Shown here: positions 11,784 through 21,879 of the stretch, one piece after another
Layout of the letters: each line of letters opens with the position of its first letter
How positions within the stretch are numbered: the first letter of the stretch is position 1
From: Coleofasciculus sp. B1-GNL1-01
Lineage (GTDB): Bacteria > Cyanobacteriota > Cyanobacteriia > Cyanobacteriales > Coleofasciculaceae
DNA: 64,000 bases
Reading direction: 5' to 3' (one strand)
NCBI GenBank assembly: GCA_040220235.1
Contig: JAVJTO010000064.1
The notes under the pieces: model-generated
What the model saw: the letters and a program-made list of their open reading frames with translations, nothing else
Databases searched by the model: none
Told to the model about the DNA's origin: nothing
Made by a program: the position numbers and the translations under genes

Positions 11784-11827
11784 GGTTTTCCTTGGGGATC
11801 TACTACTGGTACTCGTGTGTTTGACAT
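11780..11827 (-). pseudogene. IscB (RRXRR/PLMP domain) N-terminal stub, [15 protein letters not shown]
   Basis: Translated by hand; resembles the IscB N-terminus RVPVVDxxGKP(LMP); its TGA overlaps the rplR ATG (ATGA). Confidence 0.75.
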
Positions 11828-12042
11828 TTGGTATAACCCATAAATGTTTTAGTCTCTTCGCCCAACTGCATTAGCGTGTCTTGGCTTTACCCAACGCTCT
11901 GACCACTAGAGCCTAGAGTGGTACAGACTAGAGAAGCATCTGTACGTCCGTAACTAATGCCGTCTCAACGGGCTATTCAACACTTGCCTCACCGGAAGTG
12001 GTTCCGGCAATCCCCACCCGTCTTTACAGTGGGGTAGTTGAA
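11828..12042 (-). ncRNA. HEARO/omegaRNA-like scaffold of an IS200/IS605 IscB element
   Basis: Minus strand starts TTCAACTACCCCAC...GTGGGG hairpin, then GAATAGCC, GATGCTTCTCTAGTC and GTTGGGCGAAGAGAC, directly upstream of the IscB stub. Confidence 0.75.
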
Positions 12043-12044
12043 GG

Positions 12045-12584
12045 TTACTTCTTACCTGCTTTACCAGCTTTACGTCTAATCATTTCACCGGCATAGCGAA
12101 TGCCTTTCCCTTTATAAACTTCAGGGGGACGCACCGCACGAATTTTAGCCGCTGTGTTGCCGACGATTTCTTTATTGATCCCGCTAACAATCACGTTAGT
12201 ATTCCCTTCAACCGCGAGCTGCACGTCTTCAGGAGGGACAATTTCCACGGGTTGACTGTATCCGACATTCAGGATTAAGTTACGTCCTTGAACCTGGGCA
12301 CGATAACCGACCCCTTGGATGGCTAGACGTCTCTCAAAGCCTTTGGACACCCCTTCAACCATGTTGGCAACTAGGGTGCGAGACAATCCGTGGCGCTGAC
12401 GGGCAAGTTTGGATTCATCCCGCCGCTGCACTTGGATGGTTTCTCCTTCTTGTTCAACGGTGACTTGTTTCGGTAGAACTCGTTGGAGTTCTCCTTTGGG
12501 TCCTTTGACGGTAACCTGTTGACCTTCAATGGTCACGGTCACTTTATTGGGAATTGTTATCGGGCGTTTGCCAATACGCGACAT
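12045..12584 (-). CDS. rplF: 50S ribosomal protein L6
   Basis: [28 protein letters not shown]. Confidence 0.99.
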   Translation of the reverse strand: MSRIGKRPITIPNKVTVTIEGQQVTVKGPKGELQRVLPKQVTVEQEGETIQVQRRDESKLARQRHGLSRTLVANMVEGVSKGFERRLAIQGVGYRAQVQGRNLILNVGYSQPVEIVPPEDVQLAVEGNTNVIVSGINKEIVGNTAAKIRAVRPPEVYKGKGIRYAGEMIRRKAGKAGKK

Positions 12585-12647
12585 GATTTTATACTCCTTA
12601 TCCGGGCAAAAGAATTCAAAAGAGCCGAGGTGCTGATTTGAGCCGTG

Positions 12648-13049
12648 CTACCAGATGTAACACAGCACTTCACCACCGATTCCTTGTCGTCTGGCTTCCC
12701 GGTCAGTCATGATCCCACTGGACGTGGAAATAATCGCAATACCAATACCACCCAAAACTCGCGGTAATTCCTTGCGATTTTTGTAAACTCTGAGACCGGG
12801 TTTGCTCACCCGTTTCAGGACTCGGATAATGGGTTGGCGCGTTTTTCCCTTGTATTTCAACGAAATAACTAAGTATTTTTTGACGCCTTCCCCAGCTTCT
12901 TCAAACTCGGCAATAAAGCCTTCCTCTTTCAAGACCTGAGCAATTGCACGGGTCATTTTTGTTGCTGGGACATTTGTGGTTTGATGCCGTACCAAACACG
13001 CATTCCGAATGCGGGTCAGCATATCTGCAATTGTGTCGTTTGCCGCCAT
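12648..13049 (-). CDS. rpsH: 30S ribosomal protein S8
   Basis: [32 protein letters not shown]. Confidence 0.99.
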   Translation of the reverse strand: MAANDTIADMLTRIRNACLVRHQTTNVPATKMTRAIAQVLKEEGFIAEFEEAGEGVKKYLVISLKYKGKTRQPIIRVLKRVSKPGLRVYKNRKELPRVLGGIGIAIISTSSGIMTDREARRQGIGGEVLCYIW

Positions 13050-13073
13050 TAGTTCCTTCCTATGCTTACAGGC

Positions 13074-13619
13074 TTATTTCTCCCGGAAAGGCATTCCCAT
13101 CTCTTTGAGTAAAGCGCGACCCTCTTCATCGGTGTTTGCGGTGGTGATAATTGAAATATCCATGCCACGAATTTGATCGATACTGTCGTAGTCTATTTCC
13201 GGGAAAATCAGTTGTTCTCGGATGCCTAAGGTGTAGTTACCGCGACCGTCGAAACTGCGAGGGCTGATCCCGCGAAAGTCACGAATTCGCGGCAGGGCTA
13301 AGCTAATTAGGCGATCCAAAAACGAGTACATCCGTTCTGATCGCAGGGTCACCATGACCCCCACAGGCATTCCTTCACGAATTTTAAATCCCGCGATCGC
13401 TTTTTTGGCACGGGTGACCACAGGTTTTTGACCGGTAATGATCGCCAGTTCACTCAATGAGGATTCCAGGGCTTTTGCATTTTGAGATGCTTCTCCTAAT
13501 CCTCGGTTGACGGTGATTTTTGTCACACGCGGGACTTGATGGATGTTTGTATACCCAAACTGTTCTTTAAGTTTGGGAACAATAGTGTCTTGATAGAGTG
13601 TTTTCAATCGGTCAGACAT
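13074..13619 (-). CDS. rplE: 50S ribosomal protein L5
   Basis: [22 protein letters not shown]. Confidence 0.99.
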   Translation of the reverse strand: MSDRLKTLYQDTIVPKLKEQFGYTNIHQVPRVTKITVNRGLGEASQNAKALESSLSELAIITGQKPVVTRAKKAIAGFKIREGMPVGVMVTLRSERMYSFLDRLISLALPRIRDFRGISPRSFDGRGNYTLGIREQLIFPEIDYDSIDQIRGMDISIITTANTDEEGRALLKEMGMPFREK

Positions 13620-13724
13620 GGTGGTTATCCTTTTTCCCTGGGCTTGGTCAGGGTAATTTGTCCTTTGTCATTTGTCATTCGTCCTTTGTTTTTTTTGATA
13701 ACTCCAAAGGACTTGACGAAAAGA

Positions 13725-14075
13725 TTAGTCAATGATTTCACCCGTTTTCTTCAGCATTCGTACCTTGCGTCCCTCTTCAGTCAAGGTGTAACAGATACGA
13801 CTTGCCACTTTTTGCTTTTCCGAATACAGCATGACATTGGAACTGTGAATCGGGGATTCAATGGTAGCAATTTGACCTGTTTCCCCTTCTTGCTGAGGCT
13901 TAACGTGTTTGGTTTTAATATTCACGCCTTTGACGACAACCTTACTGTCTTTCGGTAAGGTTTGCAGAATTTCTCCGACCTTACCTTTATCGTGACCACT
14001 AATCACTTGCACTGTGTCGCCTTTTTTGACGTGCATTTTGTAACGCACTGGCGCTTTTTTTGTCGGTTTAGCCAT
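13725..14075 (-). CDS. rplX: 50S ribosomal protein L24
   Basis: [25 protein letters not shown]. Confidence 0.99.
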   Translation of the reverse strand: MAKPTKKAPVRYKMHVKKGDTVQVISGHDKGKVGEILQTLPKDSKVVVKGVNIKTKHVKPQQEGETGQIATIESPIHSSNVMLYSEKQKVASRICYTLTEEGRKVRMLKKTGEIID

Positions 14076-14443
14076 CAGAGTACCTCCGGCGCTAAGGACA
14101 CAATTTTCGTGTAATTTCTTTCCCGTAGTTCTCGCGCTACTGGACCAAATACACGAGTTCCTCTGGGATTACCTTCCGGGTTAATAATCACAGCCGCATT
14201 ATCGTCAAAACGAATACTCATGCCGCTTTCCCGGCGCAATCCTTTACGAGTGCGGACAATAACAGCCCGAACCACATCGGACTTTTTAATTGCCATGTTA
14301 GGAATCGCATCCTTCACCACAGCAATAATCACATCACCCACACTACCGTAACGTCGATTTCCAGAACCGACGACGCGAATGCACATTACTTTACGCGCAC
14401 CGCTATTGTCAGCCACATTTAAATAGGTTTGTTGTTGAATCAT
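14075..14443 (-). CDS. rplN: 50S ribosomal protein L14
   Basis: [26 protein letters not shown]. Confidence 0.99.
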   Translation of the reverse strand: MIQQQTYLNVADNSGARKVMCIRVVGSGNRRYGSVGDVIIAVVKDAIPNMAIKKSDVVRAVIVRTRKGLRRESGMSIRFDDNAAVIINPEGNPRGTRVFGPVARELRERNYTKIVSLAPEVL

Positions 14444-14586
14444 CTGATTTGTACTCTTGATTCAGAGTTATGAGTTATGAGGCAAGTCGGAGTGGATTTC
14501 ACGATTATCGTTTCTCACCGATTCGTGAACATTTAAAACCCAAAACCAAGTTCCTTCGAGGGTGGCGAAGGGTTAATACGCCTTAA

Positions 14587-14835
14587 TTAAATTGAGGCAC
14601 TATTGAGAATATCCGTAACCTGCCAGCGTTTCGTGCGACTCAGAGGTCGGGTTTCTTGAATGCGGACGCGATCGCCTTCTTGGCAGCGATTTTCTTCATC
14701 GTGTGCCTTGTATCGCTTGGTATTGACAACGATTTTGCCGTACTTCGGGTGGGGCGATCGGTTTTCGACAGCAACAACCACGGTTTTATCCATTTTGTTG
14801 CTCACAACTAAACCAACTCGTTCTTTAACTGCCAT
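14587..14835 (-). CDS. rpsQ: 30S ribosomal protein S17
   Basis: [23 protein letters not shown]. Confidence 0.99.
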   Translation of the reverse strand: MAVKERVGLVVSNKMDKTVVVAVENRSPHPKYGKIVVNTKRYKAHDEENRCQEGDRVRIQETRPLSRTKRWQVTDILNSASI

Positions 14836-14841
14836 CGCGGT

Positions 14842-15207
14842 TTACTCCTCTTTGTTTTCCTCAGATGGTGAGGATTCAGGGGTGACTTCAGTTGTCTGTT
14901 CACTCACTGACTCTTGCTCATCGGCTTTAACCGCCTCTTCCGCTTCAGCTTGAGCGGGTTGAGTCGTGGCTGAATCGCTCACGGATTGGGATGTCTCTTC
15001 AGACAGGGCTGCCAATTGCCGCTCTCGCGCAATCGTCATCATCTGAGCAATGCGATGTTTGAGATGCTTAAACTGATGGGGTTTTTCCAAACGGCGGGTG
15101 GCTTGTTGCAACCGCAGTTCAAATAGCTCACGCTTGGCAGCTAAAATTTCATCCGCTAACTCTTGATCACTTAAGGTTCTGGCGTCGTCTATTTTGGGCA
15201 AAGGCAT
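14842..15207 (-). CDS. rpmC: 50S ribosomal protein L29 with acidic C-terminal extension
   Basis: KRELFELRLQQAT..LEKPHQF..LKHRIAQMMT; located between rplP and rpsQ. Confidence 0.96.
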   Translation of the reverse strand: MPLPKIDDARTLSDQELADEILAAKRELFELRLQQATRRLEKPHQFKHLKHRIAQMMTIARERQLAALSEETSQSVSDSATTQPAQAEAEEAVKADEQESVSEQTTEVTPESSPSEENKEE

Positions 15208-15212
15208 AATAC

Positions 15213-15626
15213 TTATTCCCCTTCACGAGTAACGAACTTTGTTTTAATGGGAAATTTGTTAGCCGCTAGACGCATGGCTTCGCGGGCAAGGGGTTCGGGA
15301 ACACCAGCGATTTCATAGAGAATTCGACCAGGTTTAACCACAGCTACCCAATATTCAGGGGACCCTTTCCCGGAACCCATACGAGTTTCCGCCGGACGCA
15401 TGGTCACAGGTTTATCTGGAAACACGCGAATCCAGATTTTTCCGCCCCGGCGAATATAGCGAGTCATGGCTCGACGACCGGCTTCAATTTGACGAGCTGT
15501 AATCCAGGACGGTTCAGTCGCTTGCAAGCCAAAGTCCCCAAAATTGAGGGAGTTGCCGCGAGTCGCTTGACCTCTCATCCGCCCGCGATGCTGTTTGCGG
15601 AATTTTGTTCGTTTAGGACTTAACAT
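15213..15626 (-). CDS. rplP: 50S ribosomal protein L16
   Basis: [26 protein letters not shown]. Confidence 0.99.
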   Translation of the reverse strand: MLSPKRTKFRKQHRGRMRGQATRGNSLNFGDFGLQATEPSWITARQIEAGRRAMTRYIRRGGKIWIRVFPDKPVTMRPAETRMGSGKGSPEYWVAVVKPGRILYEIAGVPEPLAREAMRLAANKFPIKTKFVTREGE

Positions 15627-15708
15627 AGTGATTTTTGTCCGTTATCAGTTAGTCGTGATTGTTTCTCCTTTACCTGTTGTCACCTGCTTCAGGGCAAAAG
15701 ACAAAAGA

Positions 15709-16434
15709 CTATTCATTAGAACGATCTTCAAATTGTTGGCGACGCCGTTGTTGACGACGACGGGGTTGAGCGGTGGGGGGTGGGGCGACTTCTTCGGTAG
15801 ACGGAATGATTTCGCCTTTAAAGATCCAGACTTTCACACCGAGAATCCCGTAGATGGTGCTAGCGGTACGGTAGGAATAATCAATATCCGCTCGCAGGGT
15901 ATGCAGGGGAACTCGACCTTCACGAGTCCACTCTGTTCGAGCAATTTCAGCACCATTCAGGCGACCACTCACTTGCACTTTGATGCCTTGGACATCTGCC
16001 CGTTGCGCCCGTTGAATCGCTTGACGGACAACCCGACGGAAGGACACCCGGCGTTCGAGCTGTTGGGCAATGTACTCAGCAATTAGCTCCGCATCAGCAT
16101 CCACCCGGGCGACTTCAATGACATTGATGCGAATTTGACGATTGCTCCCCAAAAGGTCTTGGAGACCTGTACGCAAGGATTCAATGCCACTACCGCCACG
16201 ACCAACCACGACACCAGGTCGCGCTGTATGAACTTCTAAATCAATTTGATCGGCTTTGCGTTCGATCCGGATCATCGAAATTCCGGCGTTACTCAGATTT
16301 TTTTCGACGTATTGTCGGATGATGTAGTCCTCTTGCAGGACTTCTGGGTAACGCTTGGTATCAGCAAACCAACGGGAGCGATGTTCTTGAGTGACACCTA
16401 AGCGAAAACCAATTGGATGAATTTTTTGTCCCAC
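15709..16434 (-). CDS. rpsC: 30S ribosomal protein S3
   Basis: GTG start [26 protein letters not shown]. Confidence 0.98.
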   Translation of the reverse strand: MGQKIHPIGFRLGVTQEHRSRWFADTKRYPEVLQEDYIIRQYVEKNLSNAGISMIRIERKADQIDLEVHTARPGVVVGRGGSGIESLRTGLQDLLGSNRQIRINVIEVARVDADAELIAEYIAQQLERRVSFRRVVRQAIQRAQRADVQGIKVQVSGRLNGAEIARTEWTREGRVPLHTLRADIDYSYRTASTIYGILGVKVWIFKGEIIPSTEEVAPPPTAQPRRRQQRRRQQFEDRSNE

Positions 16435-16494
16435 GAAACCTTCCTTTACTTTATGTTTGTCCGTTGTCAATCGTGCATCATTGATGACGATTAA

Positions 16495-16857
16495 CTAGTC
16501 CTCAACTTGGGGTGAAACCGCCACCGTTATATGACAGGTTGGCTTGCGAATCTGATAAGCTCGACCTTGTGCTCTGGGGCGATAGCGCCTAAAGCTGGGT
16601 CCCATATCAGCCGAAGCATGGCTAATCACCAAGCTGGTTGGATCTAGACCCGCATTATGTTCGGCATTCGCCACGGCGGATCGTAGGACTTTCAGCACGG
16701 GTTCGCACGCCCGGTACGGCATAAATTCCAGAATAATCAGGGCTTCGCGGTAGGAACGTCCGCGAATCTGATCAAGAACCCGCCTAACTTTCAAGGGGGA
16801 CATGCGAATGTAACGTGCGATCGCTTTGGTTTCTACTGTTGTATCTATCGTCGCCAT
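16495..16857 (-). CDS. rplV: 50S ribosomal protein L22
   Basis: [26 protein letters not shown]. Confidence 0.99.
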   Translation of the reverse strand: MATIDTTVETKAIARYIRMSPLKVRRVLDQIRGRSYREALIILEFMPYRACEPVLKVLRSAVANAEHNAGLDPTSLVISHASADMGPSFRRYRPRAQGRAYQIRKPTCHITVAVSPQVED

Positions 16858-16931
16858 AGTTTGTGTGATCTCTAATAGGCAAGAGCGAGATAAAAGCTGC
16901 CAACTCCAAGGGACAGCATCGTGCGTGCCGA

Positions 16932-17207
16932 TTAACGCGCCCGGCGATCGCTTTTAGAATGACCGCGAAAGGTACGAGTTGGGGCAAATTCGCCCAGTTT
17001 ATGCCCCACCATCTGCTCATTGATAAAAACCGGCACATGGGTTCTGCCATTATGAACGGCGATGGTATGACCCACCATTTGCGGCAGAATGGTTGAGGCG
17101 CGTGACCAGGTTTTAATTACCTGCTTTTCGCCTTTAGTATTCAAGGCTTCAATCTTACTCAGAAGACTGTCGGCAATAAATGGACCTTTTTTTAATGAAC
17201 GACCCAT
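16932..17207 (-). CDS. rpsS: 30S ribosomal protein S19
   Basis: [27 protein letters not shown]. Confidence 0.99.
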   Translation of the reverse strand: MGRSLKKGPFIADSLLSKIEALNTKGEKQVIKTWSRASTILPQMVGHTIAVHNGRTHVPVFINEQMVGHKLGEFAPTRTFRGHSKSDRRAR

Positions 17208-17247
17208 AATCTCAATATGGTAAATGGTCAGTGATTGGATGCAAGCG

Positions 17248-18111
17248 TTAAGCTTGACGCCCACCCCGTCCTCGCTTCGAGGATTTGCGCCGACGGCGGA
17301 CAACTAAAGCCGTGCTTTGTTTTTTCGGCTTCCGAGTTTTAGCTCCCAAAGTGGGTTTACCCCATGGGGTGACTGGACCTGATCGACCAATAGGCGCTCT
17401 GCCTTCACCACCACCATGGGGGTGATCAACCGGGTTCATGACGCTTCCTCTGACTTTAGGACGGCGTCCCAAGCGACGGCTACGACCGGCTTTTCCTAAA
17501 CTGAGGTTACGAGCTTCACTATTCCCAACCTGTCCAATCGTGGCATAGCAATTTCGCTGCACCATGCGAACTTCCGTCGAGGGTAGCTTCAGCGTGACAT
17601 ACTTCCCTTCTTTGGCAACGACTTGGGCACTCACCCCAGCCGCACGGACGATTTGACCGCCTTTTCCGGGTACCAGTTCTACGTTATGCACGCTGGTTCC
17701 TAGAGGGATATTGCTTAGAGGTAAAGCATTACCCACCTCAATCGGAGCATCGGGTCCAGAAATCACAGAAGCGCCTACTTCTAAACCAGCCGGATGCAAA
17801 ATATAGCGTTTTTCGCCATCCTGATAGTAAAGCAGGGCAATCCGGGCGTTCCGGTTAGGGTCATATTCAATGGATGCTACTTTAGCCGGAATATTGTGCT
17901 TGTTCCGGTGAAAGTCGATGATCCGGTAGAGGCGCTTGTGTCCACCTCCCCGACGCCGACTGGTGATCACCCCCCGATTATTGCGACCTTTGGGACGGTG
18001 ATTAGACGTGGTTAGTGATTTTTCTGGTTCACTGCGGGTAATCTCCGCAAAGTCTGAGAGTGTAACCTGACGGGTACTTGGGGTATACGGTCTATAACTA
18101 CGAGTTCCCAT
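17248..18111 (-). CDS. rplB: 50S ribosomal protein L2
   Basis: [34 protein letters not shown]. Confidence 0.99.
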   Translation of the reverse strand: MGTRSYRPYTPSTRQVTLSDFAEITRSEPEKSLTTSNHRPKGRNNRGVITSRRRGGGHKRLYRIIDFHRNKHNIPAKVASIEYDPNRNARIALLYYQDGEKRYILHPAGLEVGASVISGPDAPIEVGNALPLSNIPLGTSVHNVELVPGKGGQIVRAAGVSAQVVAKEGKYVTLKLPSTEVRMVQRNCYATIGQVGNSEARNLSLGKAGRSRRLGRRPKVRGSVMNPVDHPHGGGEGRAPIGRSGPVTPWGKPTLGAKTRKPKKQSTALVVRRRRKSSKRGRGGRQA

Positions 18112-18268
18112 AAAACTATCCTTTATTTGTCATTTGTCATTTGTCATTTGTCATTCGTCATTCGTCATTTGTCTCTGAAAACTCGGTTGGGGCTGGTTGA
18201 GTTGCATCTGGGTTGTGTAATAAAAGATAGTTGTGAAACCCGACCTTACACAATCAACCTTGTTTTAT

Positions 18269-18574
18269 TTATACGTCTGGGAACAACGTAATGGAGTCTT
18301 CAGGAGCTAAGGTGACAATTGCCCGTTTATATTGGGGCTTGTACCCAATGAATCTGCCGACGCGACGCTTTCGGCGCGGTGGCATTAAGGTGTTAACGCC
18401 TGTAACTTTGACATCAAAAAGGCTTTCTATTGCCGCTTTGATTTCAGGTTTAGTGGCTTTGGGAACAACATCAAAGACGTATTTGTTATCTTCTAAAAGC
18501 AACGTTGCTTTTTCAGTCACAATTGGGCGCAGCACCATATCTGCCAGGTCGCGGGGGTTAGTTGATTTAGTCAC
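18269..18574 (-). CDS. rplW: 50S ribosomal protein L23
   Basis: [32 protein letters not shown] start. Confidence 0.97.
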   Translation of the reverse strand: MTKSTNPRDLADMVLRPIVTEKATLLLEDNKYVFDVVPKATKPEIKAAIESLFDVKVTGVNTLMPPRRKRRVGRFIGYKPQYKRAIVTLAPEDSITLFPDV

Positions 18575-19199
18575 TGTAAACCTCCTGAATTTTGGCAAGG
18601 GCTGTATTGGTGGTGACAATTTTGTCAGCGTTCAATACATCGTAGACATTTAAGCTATCCGCATAAATTAGCTTGATGCTTGGCACATTACGGGCAGACA
18701 AATAAACCTGTTGTGCGGGTTGAGGTAAAATCAAAAGGACTTTTTGATTGGGATCAATTCCCCAACGGGCGATCGCTTCCATCAAGTCTTTGGTTTTAGG
18801 ACGAGGCAGTTGATCGGCAAACTCTTCGACGACAATCAGATCCTCCGCTCGACTTTGCAATGCGGTTCGCAGTGCCAAGCGCCGCTCTTTGCGGTTCATC
18901 TTTAGGTTGTAGTCTCTGGGCTTGGGACCAAAGATAATGCCCCCTCCGCGCCACAAGGGTGAGCGGTTTGTACCCGCCCGAGCGCGACCTGTTCCTTTTT
19001 GCCGCCACGGTTTGCGTCCGCCGCCTCTAACTTCGGCGCGGGTTTTCGTGGATGCGGTTCCTTGACGAGCATTGGTCATTTGTCGAACTAATGCTCGATG
19101 AACAATGTGAGACGCACTATCTTCTTTGGCTACTTTCAGCTCCAGGGTGGCTTGTCCCACTTCTTCCCCTTGCCAGTTTCGCACTATACAATCGACCAT
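18567..19199 (-). CDS. rplD: 50S ribosomal protein L4
   Basis: [32 protein letters not shown]. Confidence 0.99.
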   Translation of the reverse strand: MVDCIVRNWQGEEVGQATLELKVAKEDSASHIVHRALVRQMTNARQGTASTKTRAEVRGGGRKPWRQKGTGRARAGTNRSPLWRGGGIIFGPKPRDYNLKMNRKERRLALRTALQSRAEDLIVVEEFADQLPRPKTKDLMEAIARWGIDPNQKVLLILPQPAQQVYLSARNVPSIKLIYADSLNVYDVLNADKIVTTNTALAKIQEVYSD

Positions 19200-19279
19200 A
19201 GTTTTTAGTCCTTAGTCTTTAGTCTGGTTGTTCAAGATTCATCGGTGGGCATCAACAATCAGCCATGAACCCTAAATAA

Positions 19280-19915
19280 CTATTTTCCGACTTTATTTGT
19301 GGGTGCAATGTTTAAAAGCGCTCCTGGCTTACCGGGAACTGCCCCTTTAATAATCAGCAGGTTTCGCTCTGAGTCTACGCGCACCACCTGTAGTTTGCGA
19401 ATGGTCTGACGTTTACCGCCATAACGACCCGCCATTTTCTTCCCTGGGAAGGTACGACCGGGCGTTGTTCCAGCACCAGTGGAACCCGGTAAGCGGTGGT
19501 TTTTTGAACCATGCGCCATAGGTCCGCGCTTAAAGTTGTGGCGTTTTTGATAGCCAGCAAAGCCACGACCAATGGTATTACCAGAGACATCCACCAGTTG
19601 ACCCGCACTAAATATCTCGACGTTGACGAGTTGACCGAGTTGGAATTCGTCGGTGCTATCGAGACGATATTCGCGCAGGTGACGTAAGGGGGGAGCCTCA
19701 GATTTGGCTAAATGCCCCTTTTCTGGCTTATTGACTGCCTTTTCTTTAACTTCGTGATAGCCCAGTTGCACAGCACTGTAGCCATCCGTTTGCTTGGTTT
19801 TGATTTGAGTCACCCGACAAGGACCCGCTTGAACGACTGTGACAGGAAGGGCGCGTCCTTCCTCGTCAAAGACTTGGGTCATGCCGAGTTTCGTGCCGAG
19901 GATACCGACAGACAC
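19280..19915 (-). CDS. rplC: 50S ribosomal protein L3
   Basis: GTG start [25 protein letters not shown]. Confidence 0.98.
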   Translation of the reverse strand: MSVGILGTKLGMTQVFDEEGRALPVTVVQAGPCRVTQIKTKQTDGYSAVQLGYHEVKEKAVNKPEKGHLAKSEAPPLRHLREYRLDSTDEFQLGQLVNVEIFSAGQLVDVSGNTIGRGFAGYQKRHNFKRGPMAHGSKNHRLPGSTGAGTTPGRTFPGKKMAGRYGGKRQTIRKLQVVRVDSERNLLIIKGAVPGKPGALLNIAPTNKVGK

Positions 19916-20352
19916 GGGCTTCTCCTTTCTAGACGGTACAGCGAGGCAAATTTGGCGTTGATTCACAAGTGAATCCGCTAGTGCCTCAGCAGGTTATCTT
20001 CCTGACTAATCGACAGGGATTGCCTCGATTGAGGGTAATTCTTGCCTGGTTAGTTGTGGAAATTTGGGTTAGTTACTGACTAACCGCGTCGCCTTGGAAC
20101 GCTGGGACTTAAAGAGTTATCTCCTCAGTATCCCTACGAGGCGCAGTGCAAGTGCCAAAGGTCAGAAGCTGCTACTACAAGTGCCTTATGGCGGTTTTAT
20201 CTGAGTTCACTCGAGTTCTACAGTAGAACGAGCTGATCTCAACTTGGTGGTTTGACTGGATAAATCCAAGACCACAGCTTCTGTTGACCTGAGTTGCGAT
20301 CGAGTAAGTCGCGATCGCGCAACTGGCAATTTGGTCACAATTGCTCAGTATA
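19916..20352 (-). promoter_or_regulatory. Putative rplC-operon promoter (-10 TATACT at 20352-20347) and long structured 5' leader
   Basis: TATACT on the minus strand; many nested inverted repeats between it and rplC. Confidence 0.5.
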
Positions 20353-20791
20353 GAATAATTCCCTAGCTTTGTCTAGGAAATTGGCGACAATTTTATGAAT
20401 CTGAGTCAGCCAGCCTAGGAGTAGGACATCCATCAAACAAATAATTCAGAGCGCACAGAGCGCATGTCGGTCATCCGTGTCAACTTAAGCAACCGGGATT
20501 TACGCAGGCTTTACCGTTAAACCACTCACTATCTGTAGGGAACATGTCGTGTCCCTACCATAATGCTCGGCTACGAGTATCCTAGCCAGAGGCGAGAAAC
20601 GAGGGTTTTAGAGTGCCAGAAGATAACAGCAGAATACTTGGAGGGAATTTAGCTTAACTCTTGCCCCAAACTATGGATAAACAATTCTGTTGGATGTGAC
20701 AATAATATTTTTATATTTAAATCAAATACAATCAGCATATTTTCAGATTTTGCTGTAAGATTTATTCTTATCAATAATTCTTGATTTATAT

Positions 20792-21849
20792 ATGTTTTCA
20801 TCAAAAGAATTCAAGCATGGTCGTATAGGCAAATTACATCTTTCACAAATAGACAGGAAAATCTCTACGCCACATCTGTTTCCGGTAGTCAGTCTAATGA
20901 CAGGTACAACGGCGAAGGGGGGAGGTTTGTGGAAGTATGTACTCCAAGAAAACCAATCTTATGGTCTGATGCGCCGTGACCTGCCCATGATGTCTCAAGT
21001 TCTTCATTTTTTGGACTTCATTCGTGATCGACCCCATGAATTAGAAAAGTGGCGAAAGCGTGGGATAAAACAACGTTACAACCAGGAGGTTTCGCCCTCC
21101 CCCAACTATACAGCTCCTCTATTTCTAGATTCGGGTGGTTTTAAGCTGCTTTGGAATAAAAGCGTAAATCTATCCGCGTATGGTTTATCAATCGACGATC
21201 AAAAGGGATTCCAGGTGATTCTGGACTTACAGAAGGATTTAGGAGGAGATATAGGTTATCCCGCACCTTAATCTCGATGCCTCAAAAGTCTCAACCTAAC
21301 CGAGATGAACGGATTGTGTCTCTGAATTACACACCGGATGACTTCGATATTCTGAAAAATGGTTATCAGCCGTCTCAAGACAAGCGGGTGTTACTGATTA
21401 TCCCTTGTTCAGGTGGTAAGCCCTATTCTAAATCCCGTTCCCATCGTTTGATTGCTGAACGCCTTGAACAAGGTTTGGGTGAGAAGACGAAACTGATTCA
21501 AAAAGTGACACTTTCTGGACTCTATGGTATTGTCCCCGAAGAATACGAGCTGGAAGACGCGATTCTAGGTTATGACTTTCGCTTAGAGCGTTTCAATAGG
21601 GAGCAGATTACCTTGGTGACCAATCGTCTAGTGACGTTCTTGGAACGTTACAGTAAATATGATGCTTATATCGGTTATGCTACCAGTAGTGCCTATCGTG
21701 CTGTATTAGAGCAGGCAGCTAAAAAGGTTTCCTGTTTGCAGGTACTTCCGGTTAAACCCAAGACTCGCCGACTGACGGAGTTTTTCCGCCGGGAAAATAT
21801 AGCTGAGTTAGTGGAGCGGGTTAGCGCTATCTTGGATAGTGGGGAATAA
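20792..21849 (+). pseudogene. tRNA/DNA-guanine transglycosylase (TGT/DpdA-like) with C-terminal DUF5591-like domain; split, centre missing
   Basis: 20792..21271 has TP.LFPV and LFLDSGGF...Q..GGDI (TGT N-terminus); 21277..21849 has LLIIPCSGGKPYSKSRSH, SGLYGIVPEE and Y.F.L (DUF5591-like); central barrel and Zn motifs are not seen. Confidence 0.7.
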
Positions 21850-21879
21850 TCAAATCTAGACTTCACACCTGAGTGATCT

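Noticed and set aside
5316..19915. Absence of rpsJ, rpsN, rpmD and rpsD from the cluster
   Set aside because: Normal cyanobacterial arrangement
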